Origin: Amoebidium appalachense
Lineage: Eukaryota > Protista > Ichthyosporea
Assembly (NCBI GenBank): GCA_963693365.1
Contig: CAVNZM010000012.1
Coordinates: 372,001-436,000 of the forward strand
Length of the DNA: 64,000 nt
Reading direction: 5' to 3'
Positions 39,875 to 57,786 of the stretch are shown here, one piece after another. The notes below the pieces were generated by a model that did no database searches, had not been told where the DNA came from, and saw only the letters and a list, made by a program, of their open reading frames with translations. Each line of letters begins with the position of its first letter. Position 1 is the first letter of the stretch. Both the position numbers and the translations under genes were made by a program.

Positions 39875-40475
39875 AAGACTGTAGGTGTCTGTTGTGTTAT
39901 TGCGTGTCCATATGTGTTCGTCGATATATCTTACTGACAAGAGACTGAAATGTCGGTACATGGTCGACATCCCACCCTACCACATGCATGAGTAGTTATC
40001 CATGTAGATGTAGGAGTTAACGCAAATGATGGGAATTGATTGGTAGTCACTAATAACTAGTAATTAGTAAGTAGTAATTAGTAATTATGCTATGTGGATT
40101 GGTTAATAGCCCAAACACGTGACTGACACCACGTGGGTCTATTTTTAGGTGCCGCCAGACAGCAGTGTCACAAGCCAGCTAGATCCAGGGGGATACACGC
40201 TCCTAGACTACCAATACGTGCAGATGAGGAAAGATAAACTCGGCACACCCCCTGTGACACATGGTAGTGTGCTTGAGGGTTATGAGGATTTGAACAGGCC
40301 AAAGTCACCGTAAGGGAGTGTAGACTGTGTGTTTGGGGTTTTCGTGCATGCGATTTAGGCAATGCGATTTAGGCAAAGGGGTTGATATGGCGGCGCCAAG
40401 CAGGAAACGTGGAATAATCACTTAATGCTTGACATTGTAGGGGGCCAGCCTTTTTTTTTTTTTTTTTTTTAGGAA

Positions 40476-40510
<35 letters not shown>

Positions 40511-41194
40511 CTGTCCAATAAAGTGATGAGGTGGCCATCGTGAATGTTGTTATGATAAAGAGATTTGCCACAATGGCAATGATTTGTAGATATTTTTCTT
40601 GTAATTTTTAATCATTTTTGTTACATATGGTAAGTTTTAACCCGCATATGACGGTTTATTGCAAGTAGGGGTTGCCCCTGTGTTAGGCCATGATGAACGT
40701 TTTATTGTACATAGCAATTTAGTGATTAGATTTGATTGGCGCACACATGAAAACGTGTGCTTTAAGATTCAACAGAATGGGCCAATGGGTGGCTCTAGTA
40801 TTGCAGGTGTGGCTGGGCCACATCAATAGACTTGTAAGACGCGAAGGTCGGCTAGCTAGCAACGTATCATGGCTGGTGCCTGTGTGTATGATGCCCTTGT
40901 TGTCTTTGGGGAGGCGGGTGTGTGCTTCTTTTGTTTCTCACTCTTGTCTTCCTCCCCCCTCACCTCCCCTCCTACATACACCACAGCTCACACGCACCTT
41001 TTTTTCGTTCTCCCCCTCCAACCTTCTTTTTTCTTTTTCTTTTCTTTTTAAATTTCCTTGTTTCTTTTTCTTTCTTTCTTTCTTTTACTTTTTTTTTCTC
41101 TCTTTTCATTTTTTTTCTCTTATTTTTTTTTTAACTTTTATATTTATGATTATCCCTTTTTTGTTGTTGTTGTTGTTGTAGTTGTTGTGTGTGT

Positions 41195-41262
<68 letters not shown>

Positions 41263-41405
41263 CTGTGTGAACACTTGCAAATGCGAGGAATTAGGTCACT
41301 GTGGGCAAAGTCAATGTGTACGCACGAGCAAGTGTATGCGGGTATGACCCGTGCACAGCGTACGTTCAGGCTTCCGAATGATTCTACTTTTTCTCCGGAT
41401 CCCCC

Positions 41406-41436
<31 letters not shown>

Positions 41437-41857
41437 GTTGCCCCTCCCTGTCTATACTTTTTCCTAGAGTCTTTTTTTCTTTTTTCTTTTTCTTTTCTTT
41501 TCTTGTCTTTTCTTTCTTTCTTTTTTTTTTTTTTTTTTTTTTCCGGGGGGGGGGGGGGGGGGGGGGGGGGCACGTGTTTGTATGTGTGTGTCTGCGCGCG
41601 CGATTTAAGTGGTGTTGCATGTACGTGTGTGTATGTAGGTGTGTGTTTGCATGTGCATGTGCGTATGCATGCACCGTATCATCTCCGCGGCATATATGCA
41701 TGTTTTTCCATGTGGCGCATAATGTGCAGCTGTGTGCATGCGTGCGTAGAATGTGTGGCTGTGTGTGCGTGCGCGCGTGTGTATGTGTGTGCGTGTGTGT
41801 GTGCCCGTGCTTGCTTGCAAACGTGTGTGGTTTAGGAAAGAGAGAGAGAGAATGTCT

Positions 41858-41903
<46 letters not shown>

Positions 41904-42479
41904 GAGGGGGTTGCTGACTTCCACTATGGAAGATAACTTTGTATAAAGCCAGTTCAAACTATCATATTTTCGTATGGCGTGCAGCCCATTTGATACCAGG
42001 CACAGTATGTTGCCAACGTACGGATATCGACGAGAATTCAATCACTTGAACACAAAATAATACGGTTTTCCTTCGTTTGAAGCCGAAAAAACCAGTAAAC
42101 AGAACCTTTTATATCATATGTGTCGTTGCAGACATTGCCACATTAATCTGAAACCATGCTAAGACGTGACATGACCGTAGTGCTCGAAACGTGGCTCTCG
42201 TCTTCACCAATGCACAAGCCCACGCCGTCAACCCACACACCAATAGATATTCGCTCGTGAAAATTAAAAACAGCACGGCGCCGACGCCTTCGCTCCCATC
42301 AGCAACTGCGCCGATTATTTAAGGAAGTGTATGTGAGCACAACCCCACACCACTACCATCTGCCCCGTTTCGTAGTTCCTCACATATGATGAGCCCCCCT
42401 TCCCCCCCCCCTCCCCCCCCCCCCATTCCCCTCCCCCTCCCCCTCCTCCCCTCCCCCTCCCCTCATTTCCACCAGCCAG

Positions 42480-42631
42480 GAGCCCCTTGCTCGGCCTGAA
42501 ATTATGCACCAAGAACCCTTGGCACATGAAACATCGCCCCAACCACTAGCCAAAGCCCCCACCAAGAAAATACGGCCTGCAGCAAAGAGCAAGCCGGCAA
42601 AAGCCTTGGGCACCCATGAAAAACGGTATCC

Positions 42632-42677
<46 letters not shown>

Positions 42678-43362
42678 CACGACGCTGTGCATGTATGGGT
42701 GGTGGTGTGCATAGGTGGGTGGTGGATGTGTAGGACACTATGCACGTATTGCATGAACGGTTATGTATGTATGTATGGGCGATGGTCTGTGGACACTGCA
42801 TGTATGGATGATGATGTGTATGACTCGTTGGATGTATGGGTGGTGGTGCTAACACACAACATTCCATTTTTAGAAACTGTACTCTTTAGGTCGATCAAAG
42901 CAGCCAGCCCCCCTGAGGCCAGCAGCAAGGAAACTGTAGCCACTATCCAATTTGGTGTGGCCTCCACACCGGCACGTTGGCCCCTGGGCAGTGTCGGCAC
43001 AAACACCCCATCCACAAAGCACACAGCAAAAACTCTCGGTACATACTGCCTTTCCTCCTCCGTCCTCCTCCCCCCTCCCCCCCTTCCCCCCACCCCCTTC
43101 CTCCCACACCCCACCCTCCACCCACCCTGAACACCACCCAGCCACCCATCACACCACACCATTCACATATAGACCGTGCAATGGCTATGAATCGACCTTG
43201 GCCATGTGCATGCATAGCCCCCCTACTGCCACCAGCACGTTTCCGCTTCAAGAGACTAACATTGTGCCGTTTGGAGTATGCTTAGACCACGCTTCTTGAC
43301 ATGGGGATAGTGAAAGCAGCACGAATGCAGGCAGGGTGATTGTACTTCTTTTTTTTGTGTGT

Positions 43363-43393
<31 letters not shown>

Positions 43394-43797
43394 GGGGGGG
43401 AGAGGGGGACTTCAACAACATTATATTTCTTTCGGCAGAAAATACCTCGGCAGCCATTTGCTCTTTTTGGGCAGTTTGTTTTGTTGTGCCCCCCCCCCCC
43501 CCCCCTCCCCTCCCCCCCCCCCCCCCCCCCCCCCCCCCCGCGCACACACACACGCACCCAGCATACCAGCCAACCCCAAATGACCCTTCAACCCCTCCGG
43601 GGAAATACGTTTTGACACACGGAGTCAAACTACACAGCTATCCGATTTCTAACCCCTCCCCCCCCCCCCCCCCCCCCCCCCCCCCAGGAATAGTCAAGAT
43701 CGAATTTTAAACACCAACATCACTACATACCCACACACCTGCGCATGCTCTCGCACACAGACACACTCGCATACACACTCACGCACACACACGCGCA

Positions 43798-43865
<68 letters not shown>

Positions 43866-44320
43866 CTGCCACTAAGACCCGCCGCCTTGGTGACCCCAAG
43901 AGCAAGTACAGGCAGACTTGGGCAGAGAGCCCTCGCCTGCGCCGTTGAAAAATCACACTGCCTGTGTGCAACGCACCAAAAGTCTGGTGGATATAAATGA
44001 ATACTGGTATATTGACTTGGAAAATTTAATGTGTCTTATAGTTACTGTAGTTGTATCTGCACGAAACCTAGTGGAAAGAAAGACGCTAAATAATGATGAC
44101 CGGTTTGTGTAGAGGTCAAGGTTGACGTACGCTGTACATTACATACCTGGTTGGAGGAAGTTGAAGTGTGCACGTGTGATTCGGCTGCATGTGGAAGAGG
44201 CATAAAGGAAGTAGGTGAGCTATGCAGTACGATATCGCGCTTGGAAGTCACACCGTGGATATGATAGGGAGCTTCCCCTGAGGAAAGTGCTGGCTGGTAG
44301 CCCTTCATGCTTCATAGCGA
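42480..44320. pseudogene. Degenerate spliced coding fragments, possibly transposon-derived
   Basis: Plus-strand exon-like blocks at ~42480-42625 and 42890-43038 with GT-AG boundaries. A minus-strand block at ~44320-44147 ends ...RITRAHFNFLQPG|gtatgt, with an in-frame stop upstream. Confidence 0.25.
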
Positions 44321-45190
44321 CTGATTGAAACGAACAATCATTGAAAAAGCAGTACACTCATCACCTCCACTTTCTGGAATTACCTTCAGTGTGTTTTCCT
44401 GCCGGCCCCCGGGCAATCATCGGCATTACCACATGCTCCTTGTTATAGTACCACGTGTGTTTGCAAGGTACTTTTGCCCCATTGGAAAAGAGGGGCCGGG
44501 GGTGGGGGGGGGGGGGGGGGGGGGGGGGAGGGGGGGGGATGGGGGAGGGGGTGTCCAGGTGGTTCTGGTTTGGATACCGGAATAAGGGGCGGGTTGAACG
44601 GTGTGGGTGCATATGTACACAACTGAGAGGCCTTGCGCGTGTGTGTGTTTGTTTCTGTGTGCCACCGTACCGTCCACGGGTGTGGTCGGTAGGACAACCA
44701 ATCATTGAATGGTTTGGCAAGCCAAAAAAAGCAAACTTGTTATGAATATTCTGATTGGTCTAAAATTGCCTTCCATATATGGTGATGGCTCAGCTCTCGC
44801 GGACTCAAGAAACAGCCTGCGATGATTTGATTCGACCAAACGGGACTCTTGGCGGAACTCCTGACTCGTGCTGAGTCTGCTTAGAGCAAAATTCATGCAT
44901 GACTCCCAGAAATATAATATGTTGGAGGGAGGATGGAGCATATATACCAAAACGCCTCGCAATAATATAATGTGAACGTATTTGACTAGGTTAGTAGCAT
45001 GTTTTGAACAAGCAGCCTCAGATCTCTAGAGGCCACTGAGTAGTCTGAGCGTCAAGTCTCAGTTGACACTTGACCTTCAGAACGATTGGTGTACAATCAG
45101 CGTGGCTCATATGTAGACAACAATTTTAGAGAAGGGCAAACCTGTGCATGGAAATGGTTCCCCCAATCGCTTGTTGTTTCCGCCAGACCA

Positions 45191-45441
45191 ACCTCCGCAT
45201 CTACCATTTTAGACAACATCGAGGATGATCCAATCGAGGATTTCGATGGCCCCGTCATGGCTCTTGAAATTCTCGAATCAATCAAATGATCGAGGGATTG
45301 ACGTTATTCTGACGTTTTTGTTAACAAATGACGTCATATCCTCGATCGCTTGATGTTCGAGAATAAGAGCCGCGTCAGGGCCATCCGAAATCCTCGATCG
45401 GATCATCCTCGGTCGGGGCTTAAAATGGTAGATACGGAGGT
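45191..45441. mobile_element. Foldback / palindromic MITE-like element (~250 bp)
   Basis: The left arm ACCTCCGCATCTACCATTTTA..GAGGATGATCC..ATCGAGGATTTCG..GGCTCTT..TTCTCGAA is reverse-complementary to the right arm; centre at TTTGTT|AACAAA (45322/45323). Confidence 0.8.
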
Positions 45442-45449
45442 AGGTTTAA

Positions 45450-46009
45450 CCTCTTGAGGCTTGGACTAATTGATTTGGACGGGTCCCTAAACAGCTCTAT
45501 TGCGGCTCAAAATCGATAGAAAAAGATCAAATAAATTGCATATGCCGACAGGTATATGTCTTACCTACATACGTTACTAAGATGATTTGTGGAAAATATC
45601 ATTATTTCGTATACTTTTATATCTGTTTCTGAAGTGACTTTCGAGATTTTGAGAAAATCTTGTAGTTGCCATCGACCGCCGACTGAGGTCGACCAATCAG
45701 GTTTTTTCATTCGGAGCCATTTTCAGAATGGTCCAATCAGAGGATTGCATTGACAGCATTTCGATGTCAACATTGACTCGTCAAGCCGGCAAGCACCCTT
45801 TGTAGTTACACCATATACAAGGTATCGCTATTAGAGTAAAGTTCAATTTTTTTTTGCATAAGACGAAGGATAAGTGTATAATCTAATCCCGTGCTATTTT
45901 TATTTGGCTAGTTCCTATCAGTTTCATGCTCACATTAGAGCACAAACTGACTCATGTCGTTGTCAGTTGACTAGGTGTCAATCTCGTGAAATTTACGCTC
46001 CTCAAGAGG
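45450..46009. mobile_element. Non-autonomous piggyBac-like element (560 bp)
   Basis: TTAA on both sides (45446-45449, 46010-46013); 10-bp TIR CCTCTTGAGG...CCTCAAGAGG; AT-rich non-coding interior. Confidence 0.8.
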
Positions 46010-46901
46010 TTAAGGCCTCGTGAAGTTCTCCACTAGATAAGAAAAGAAAGAAATTTACAGAAGCTGTTGTGTTTAAAAATTTATTTATATACACAACGCG
46101 CATACATATATCTATATATAGCACGGCTATAGTACTCTAAATACGATATCGAGATACAGGTTCCCTTTGCGAAGATCCATTTTTTTGCCGTCTTCTGACC
46201 TGTTCCTGTGCCACTATATATAGAGTTGGATCAGCATCTCAGCATCAGTTTGACCCGCCCCCCATGGCCACACAAGCGTAAGCAGACTGTACAAGCAACC
46301 AAGTGCAGTTTTCACTGGCCTTAACCTTCCCGTTTCTGGCCCGAGGCACATGGCACCCCATCTTTGGGCATTGATTTCACCTGCAGACACCATGCCCGTA
46401 AGTAATAATTCATTCCTCATCATATCATGATATATATCAGGCGTCCGAGACTATGGCTATGGCCTTTTACTCTGTTCTCTTGAATCAAAGTGTGGCTGGA
46501 GGCTTTCTTTTGCTCACAGGATAAACAACTGATGTGTCTTCTTGCGTACCCTGTGTTAGTCCAAGAGTTGCAATTGGTGTGGAAAAGGCTCTGCCTTTTC
46601 CTTTTCAATGCTCTACATATGCAGTGTCACATTAATTACAGCAGTGTGCCAAAATGAGAGGGTTCTTGATCATTGATGTTTTATTAGGCTAGCACCCACC
46701 TGCATATGGCCATGAAAGGATAAGGTGTTGCAACAAATACCACCAAGAACTAAGCACTCCACAAGCCGCGGCCGTACATATATTTACGTGCTCCGCCGAC
46801 TCGGAGCGCGCAGGTTCAGTGTTTCGTACATACATACGTGTCTCCACTTTAAATTTGTTTGGCCATCGAATGTCCCCTTAATTAATTCTGCTATCCCAGT
46901 C

Positions 46902-47326
46902 ATGGAATGTCTACACGGCACCCAAACACTCCAGTACTATATCGTACTAAATGTATTCACAGCAACCCCTTCCCCCCCCCCCCCCCCCCCCCCTCCCTCC
47001 CCCCCCCCCCCCCCCCCCCCTCCCCCCCCCCTCCGTCTTCCCCTGTCCGGCCCGCCCCACGCACACACAAATGTACACAAATATCCACCCACCCCCACCC
47101 CCCACGGCCTCCACTCACCCACTCGGCCATCCACTCATGGCCACAGGAGCCCAAGCCCAGCAACGAGCAGCAGCAGGAGCGACCCTCACATCCTGCAGCC
47201 GAGAAGCACAGTGTGGCCTCACACCCTGCTGGGGAGCACAGCGAGAGCACCGTGACACGGCTCATCCGCAGGCTGAGTGACACCATCCCTGCCCCCAACC
47301 CCATCTTCGACAACCCCGGCACATGA
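46902..47326 (+). CDS. Putative small protein (~70 aa), 2 coding exons, unknown function
   Basis: Terminal exon 47147-47326 follows an acceptor cacag and has GC3-rich codons: EPKPSNEQQQERPSHPAAEKHSVASHPAGEHSESTVTRLIRRLSDTIPAPNPIFDNPGT*. The first exon starts at ATG 46902 or 46907 (donor ambiguous). TATA-like TACATATATTT at ~46775; possible 5'UTR intron 46814-46899. Confidence 0.55.
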
Positions 47327-47885
47327 TTATCCCAGGGCCTGGTGACGACACCCCATGGTTTGCAGCATGACAAAATGCAAGTTGTTGGTTGATGTTCTCT
47401 TTGATTGCCCACACCCAGCATGATATCGATGTGTGAGTGTTCCCGGAGAGAGTATGTTGACAATGTTCTTAATTCAGAACATAATAATTTGAACACCTAT
47501 TCATTATATCCTGACCAGAGTTTCGTAGTCACCGAGATGTAAATTTGCCTGAGGTTTTTATTCAAATTCGAAGTTCCGTGGCCATGAGTACATCCATAGA
47601 ACACCTTGGTAGAAATATTTTGAGGTTTTTGGATACACCACGGCTCCGGTGCCTAGGTAGAGGTATAGGCACGGTACCCGTACGGGTGTGTGGGTTACAA
47701 CAGTTACAAGTTGACGTGTACACGCTAATAAAGCTTTGTGCACGTGACCTGTACGTGTGTGTGGATACATAAAAGTGCGGAGGATGCACCAGTGTATGAT
47801 CGGGGTATCGGGCGACAACGGTTATATGACAAAATGGATTGATGTTTTGCCCGTCACCGGGGCACCTGGGGCATGGCTGTACTGC

Positions 47886-47919
<34 letters not shown>

Positions 47920-49425
47920 TCTTCCCCTCTTCGGATACTACAGATCAGAATACCCGGCTCTCAGATCTACCTAGACTGTTTATAAGGCACCGTTTTCAAC
48001 CTCCTCCGAGGCTCTTTCACTATTGCTATGACCCCCCCTTCCCCACTAGTACTCTCCCTCCCGTTTGTTTTCCCCTCCCTTACCCCCTCCCCCCCCCCCC
48101 CCACCCCCCTTCCCCCCCTTCTCCCCTCCCCCCTCCCCCCCTGGCCCCACACACACAGAAGGGTTCCCCTAAGCACACACACACTACAGAACAGCTGCAG
48201 GCACGGAAAGGAGCCCCTGTGTGGACACGAGAGAACTGTGCCAAGGGGTATTTATGATTGGTCCAAATCGAATCCGGCTCGAATGGATTAACCATTAAGG
48301 AAACTCAAAAAATCGCTTTTTCGAAAGGAGCCCCTACCTGGACAACCGCACAATCCAAATGACTCCTGTTTATAGGCAACATGAAAGATTTGCTCACTGC
48401 TGCTCTTTTTCGGCACCCAGGCCAAATCCAGAGTGGCTTTAAATCTTAAATACTCTTTTCTCCTCCCGGTCCAGAGGTCACACAAGGCTGACGCAATGTG
48501 CAAGCAACTGGTTACGACGAGGGTGGTTCTTCCTGAAGTCGAGCAAACCCTCGTAAACGAGGACGGCATTTTTGTACATAGGAAAAGGTTTGTCATTGAT
48601 CATTGCAGTAGGTCTCTTTGGGAGACCGTTGATTGCCAAATGTGCAACCGGCTTTGTTTACACTGCATGCATCTGAATCGCAATACGATGTCGTATCTAG
48701 GATATGTGTGCACACGAACAAATGTGTGGTGGTGGAGCGTCGATGGCATTAATGGTTTTGTGTACCGTAGCGGCTTTAGGCTTTTCTGAATCATGGGCGG
48801 GAAGCCAGTAGTAGACATTGAGGTCCCCTCTATTGATCCTCCCGCCCCCCCTCCCCCTCTCTGCTCGAGGGATGTTGGGTCCCCCCCCTCCCCCCCCCAC
48901 CGGGGGGAGGGACCAACCTCTTTGGTAGGGTGGTGGGTCCCCCCCCCACCCCCCTCCCCCGCACGTGGGGAGTCCGACCGCTTCCTCCACCCTGCGCACC
49001 GCAAACCTCGGAGATGCCCCCCTCCCCTCCCATCCTTCCCCCTCCCCCCCCCCCCCCCTCTACCACCACCACCATTGAACACTCTTTTCCCCTTCGTTGT
49101 ACCCGGTACCAGCACTCTCTGTGTTTTAGTTGTTAGTGATGAATTCTGCATGCATTGTTTGCTCTAGAGTGATCATGTTCGGGGGGAAGGGGGGATACAG
49201 GGAGTAAGAGAAAAAGAGGTATCGAGAAAACGTGCCACATGTGTGAACGCGCGCGTCACAATATGCCACCACGAAAATATGGCACACTGTCGTGATTGGC
49301 ATGTGTATGGTGTGTGCCCCGGCATACGCATGTGTGCGTGCCTGCGTGCACAAGTTGCAGTTCTGTTTTTGTCCTGTCTATCTGTTCTATACTGAGTGTG
49401 CGAGCATGCCCGTCCGCACGCACGC

Positions 49426-49618
<193 letters not shown>

Positions 49619-51497
49619 GTGTGCGTGTGTGTGTGACTCACGGTACGTGCCACGATGTGTGCGTGTGCCAGTGTGTGACACGTACATGCACATCGCCGGT
49701 GTTGGCATGCGGGGTCCAACATGCACGGTTTAGTGGTGGCTAAGGGGATCATAGTATGAACCATGTCGAGTCTTTTCCGAGTGCATATGCCATGCAACAT
49801 GGCCAAGATAATTGATACTATTTAGTGGACGTAGAGAGGTGCCAACGCTAATATGTTTTCAACTACTTGAAATCCAGTATGATAATAATCATCATTTTTG
49901 GACCAAGCCCCCGCTGGCGGTGGTGGGTCCCCATTTGGGGGGAGAGGACCCTCAGAAGGGGGGGGGGGGGAGGGGGGAGGGGAGAGGGGAGGACCCACCT
50001 GCTCGGCAGGTTATATGCTCATAAGGTATACCACAGTCCCCCCCCCCCCCCCCCCTCCCCCTTCCCCCAGCCAGCGGAGGAGTGGTGGGTCCTCCCCCCC
50101 CCCTCCCCCTCCCCCCTCCCCCCCCCCCCCCCCAGCCAGCGGAGGCGGGCCGCCGCGGAATCAACCCCCCCCCACCCCCCCCCCTCCCCTCCTTCCCCTC
50201 CCCCTCCCCCCCCCTTCCGGATCCTCCCCCCTCCCCCCCCCCCCCCCCCCCCTTTTTTTTTCTTTTTTTCTTCTTCTTCTTCTCCTTTTTTTTTTGGGGG
50301 GGGGGGGGGGGGGAGGGGGGGAGGGGGGGGTGCACGATGTGGTGGGGCTGGGGCCGATGTTTTCTCGCTGGGAGTCTCTATCTCCCATAAAATCTTCTCT
50401 AGACGCACATGCACATGGCTATGATCAGCTGCATAGCTTCCTTGGCCTTACCAGGAAAGTTACGACCGCACAAAGCGAAAAGTTCCCCATGGAAGCCCGC
50501 GCAGCCTACAATTACCAACCATCATGCACACAAGAACTCCTCCTGATATTAGTTCCTAACGGTGACCCCCCTTCATTACATGTACCACTGCAACCCACCA
50601 CACGGATCAACCGACTCTCACCTTCTTCCCTCCACCACGTGCACTGGCCAATCAGTAAAACATCTTAGAACAGGCCTAGAAACAACAAACACTTCTTTCT
50701 ACCCTTTTTTTGCAGCATGGCTTCTTGGCCAGGCCCACAGGACCACTCTTACAAGGTTTAGGGTTAGCAAGTTGTACATGCTCGGTTGTAAGCCTTTGGG
50801 TGGGCGTGCATTGGTCACGTACGGTCATGATGTTTTTCCGAGACAACTCGAAGGTGACACAATTCGAGTACAGGGTAGAGCCATCATGACCGTTTGTGGG
50901 TCAAGTTCCGACCAGATGGCGGAGGGGGTTGACAGACAAGAATCTGCCCCCAGAGCTCGAGGCAGAGGGAGGTGGATTGGGGGGGGTTCAATGTGCCATA
51001 CAGAACGAGATACACATTCACATCGCCAACACAATGCTGAGTAAAAACCACACATCAAGAGTATGTTGATAAGCAGAGCTGGGGAGGAAGGGAGGGAGGG
51101 AGAGAGGGGGGGAGGGGCAGAAGAGAGAGGGCGAGAGAGAGGAAGAGGGAGGAAGGGAGGAGTGGTGGGGTTGCCCTCAGATCATGAGTTGTAGGGCACG
51201 CAATTTGAAAAGTGGCAGCTGTGTTTTGGATTTGAGATAAAGGCACACACACATGGGCAATGCATGATACACAAGCACACAGCGATTGCAGCAAAAGCGC
51301 AGCACGTGTGTGTGTAGTGTTGTGTGTGTGTGTGTGTGTGTGTGTTGATATAATGCACACTCCAGCATATGGTGTGATCGGTCATGCCAGGCTCCCGGCA
51401 CCCTTTATTCGATGTTTGGCCACGTTTGCCACGGCCAGGCTACATTCGGCTAACTACATACAACATATATGGCTATAAATGGCACGCTGCCATTGGC

Positions 51498-56399
<4,902 letters not shown>

Positions 56400-57786
56400 G
56401 TTTGCGAGATTAGGGTTAACAGTAGCGACAGCACGGGGAAAACTGCACACAAAGAGAGGGCACCGGCGTGATAATCCTGGCGGCCTGTTCACACGAATGA
56501 TGCTCACAAGCCCAAAGTCACGTGAGCCGCGTCACCATCAGACAAATTCGCTAATCTTTGTACGTGATATTTATCAGCTGTGATTGGCAGTCATAGTTTA
56601 TGTACAGCGCGTGGATTGGTTGTGCCTGAGCACCGTTGATGACGGTCAGCCTTTAGCTGACGATGTCCCCGTTGATGGACATTAGCATGAGTACTCAGGG
56701 GTTTAACATAAAAATTCAATGTTTATTAAGAATATGGTTTTTGGAGTTTAATTTAGAGTCTTTTATATGAGGTTTGCGTTGTGTAGGGAAATATAGCAGT
56801 CCGGGTGGACGATGCCTTCCCCAAGGGTTGTAAATTGTTTGTGAGCCTATGCCTAAATAAGGCTAAGGTATTCGCAACTGGCGATATCCAAAGAAGCATG
56901 AGCCAATCAACCGTTTTGGCGCGCCATTTACTCTATTGAATTTTGCCAATTGCGCGGCTGCTCAGTCAAATATTTATCGGTCGCTATATACTCACCTTTC
57001 TGCTTCGCTCAATACGGCGCACGGCCCATGCTCAGTGCGTTGAAAGTCCACACATGCGGCGAGCATTGGGCCTGTTTATAAATTCCGCCGGCTGGTTTCA
57101 CACAACTCAGAAAGTGCTACACACAGAGGTTGGAGCAGCGACTGAGGAGGTGCGGACAGGAGAAGATGGGCAAAGTGTGGGGGTTGGGAGTTGAGGTGGG
57201 CGGTTGGGTGTTACGGTGTGTGATGGTGGGTGGGTGGGAAGGGGTAGGGAGGGAAACGAGGGGGTAAGGGCGTTGGGTTAGGGGAAAAAGAGGAGGAACC
57301 TGACATAGAGGTGTTTGAAAAAGCCATGCATACCTCTTGGTCGGTGTGCGCAAGAGCTGTGCTTGTACGTCTACGTGTACGTCCCTGTGCCCATATGCGC
57401 GGGCTACTGTGGTCAGTTTTGTGTGCTCTCGGACACGCACAGGTGTGGGAGGCTGTGCCTGCACGTGTATGTGTCTGCATCTGGGCATGCTGTTCGAGGA
57501 GGGGTGCATGAGTTTTGGAAAGGGATTGGGCTGCTTGATGTTTGGATTGCCCAACACTCAGGTAGAGAAAGGAGTGGAGGTGGTGGTGGGGGCAGGTGAG
57601 GGGGAAGGGGGGAAGGGGGGGGGGGGTTAAGGGGCTTTACTGGCTGTGTCTCAGTATTTTTGTGTGGCATATATGCTGGTTTCTGTGTGAGAGGGGTTAT
57701 CTGTATATTCTCCATTGCTGGAAAGGGGTTGTTGTTTAAAGACGAAGGAGGGTGTAGGGTCAAAAAAACAAGGGCTTATGTGAGCC
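56400..57786. promoter_or_regulatory. Putative bidirectional promoter / 5'UTR region between ETFA and ETFDH
   Basis: The divergent ATGs are ~1.4 kb apart. GTCACGTGAG E-box at 56517, ATTGG at ~56583 and ~56615, CCAAT at ~56903 and ~56946, E2F-like TTTTGGCGCGCC at 56914. The segment 57150-57780 looks intronic, suggesting a 5'UTR exon of ETFDH near 57000-57150. Confidence 0.55.

Noticed and set aside
42043-42328. CACTT...AAGTG ends as CACTA/Transib-like TIRs
   Set aside because: Only patchy complementarity and no TSD.
46214-46608. Two overlapping minus-strand ORFs
   Set aside because: No recognisable motif, no splice support, and stops in the alternative frames.
50350-50670. DQLHSFLGLT resembling the Gypsy RT 'LRSFLGL' segment
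   Set aside because: A single short motif with no YxDD or RNase H motifs nearby.
57028-57150. Alternative ETFDH start (MLSALKV.. or MRRALGL..)
   Set aside because: The 57028 frame stops quickly, and ATG 57787 gives a phase-compatible targeting-peptide-like exon; the region is more likely 5'UTR, though not excluded.
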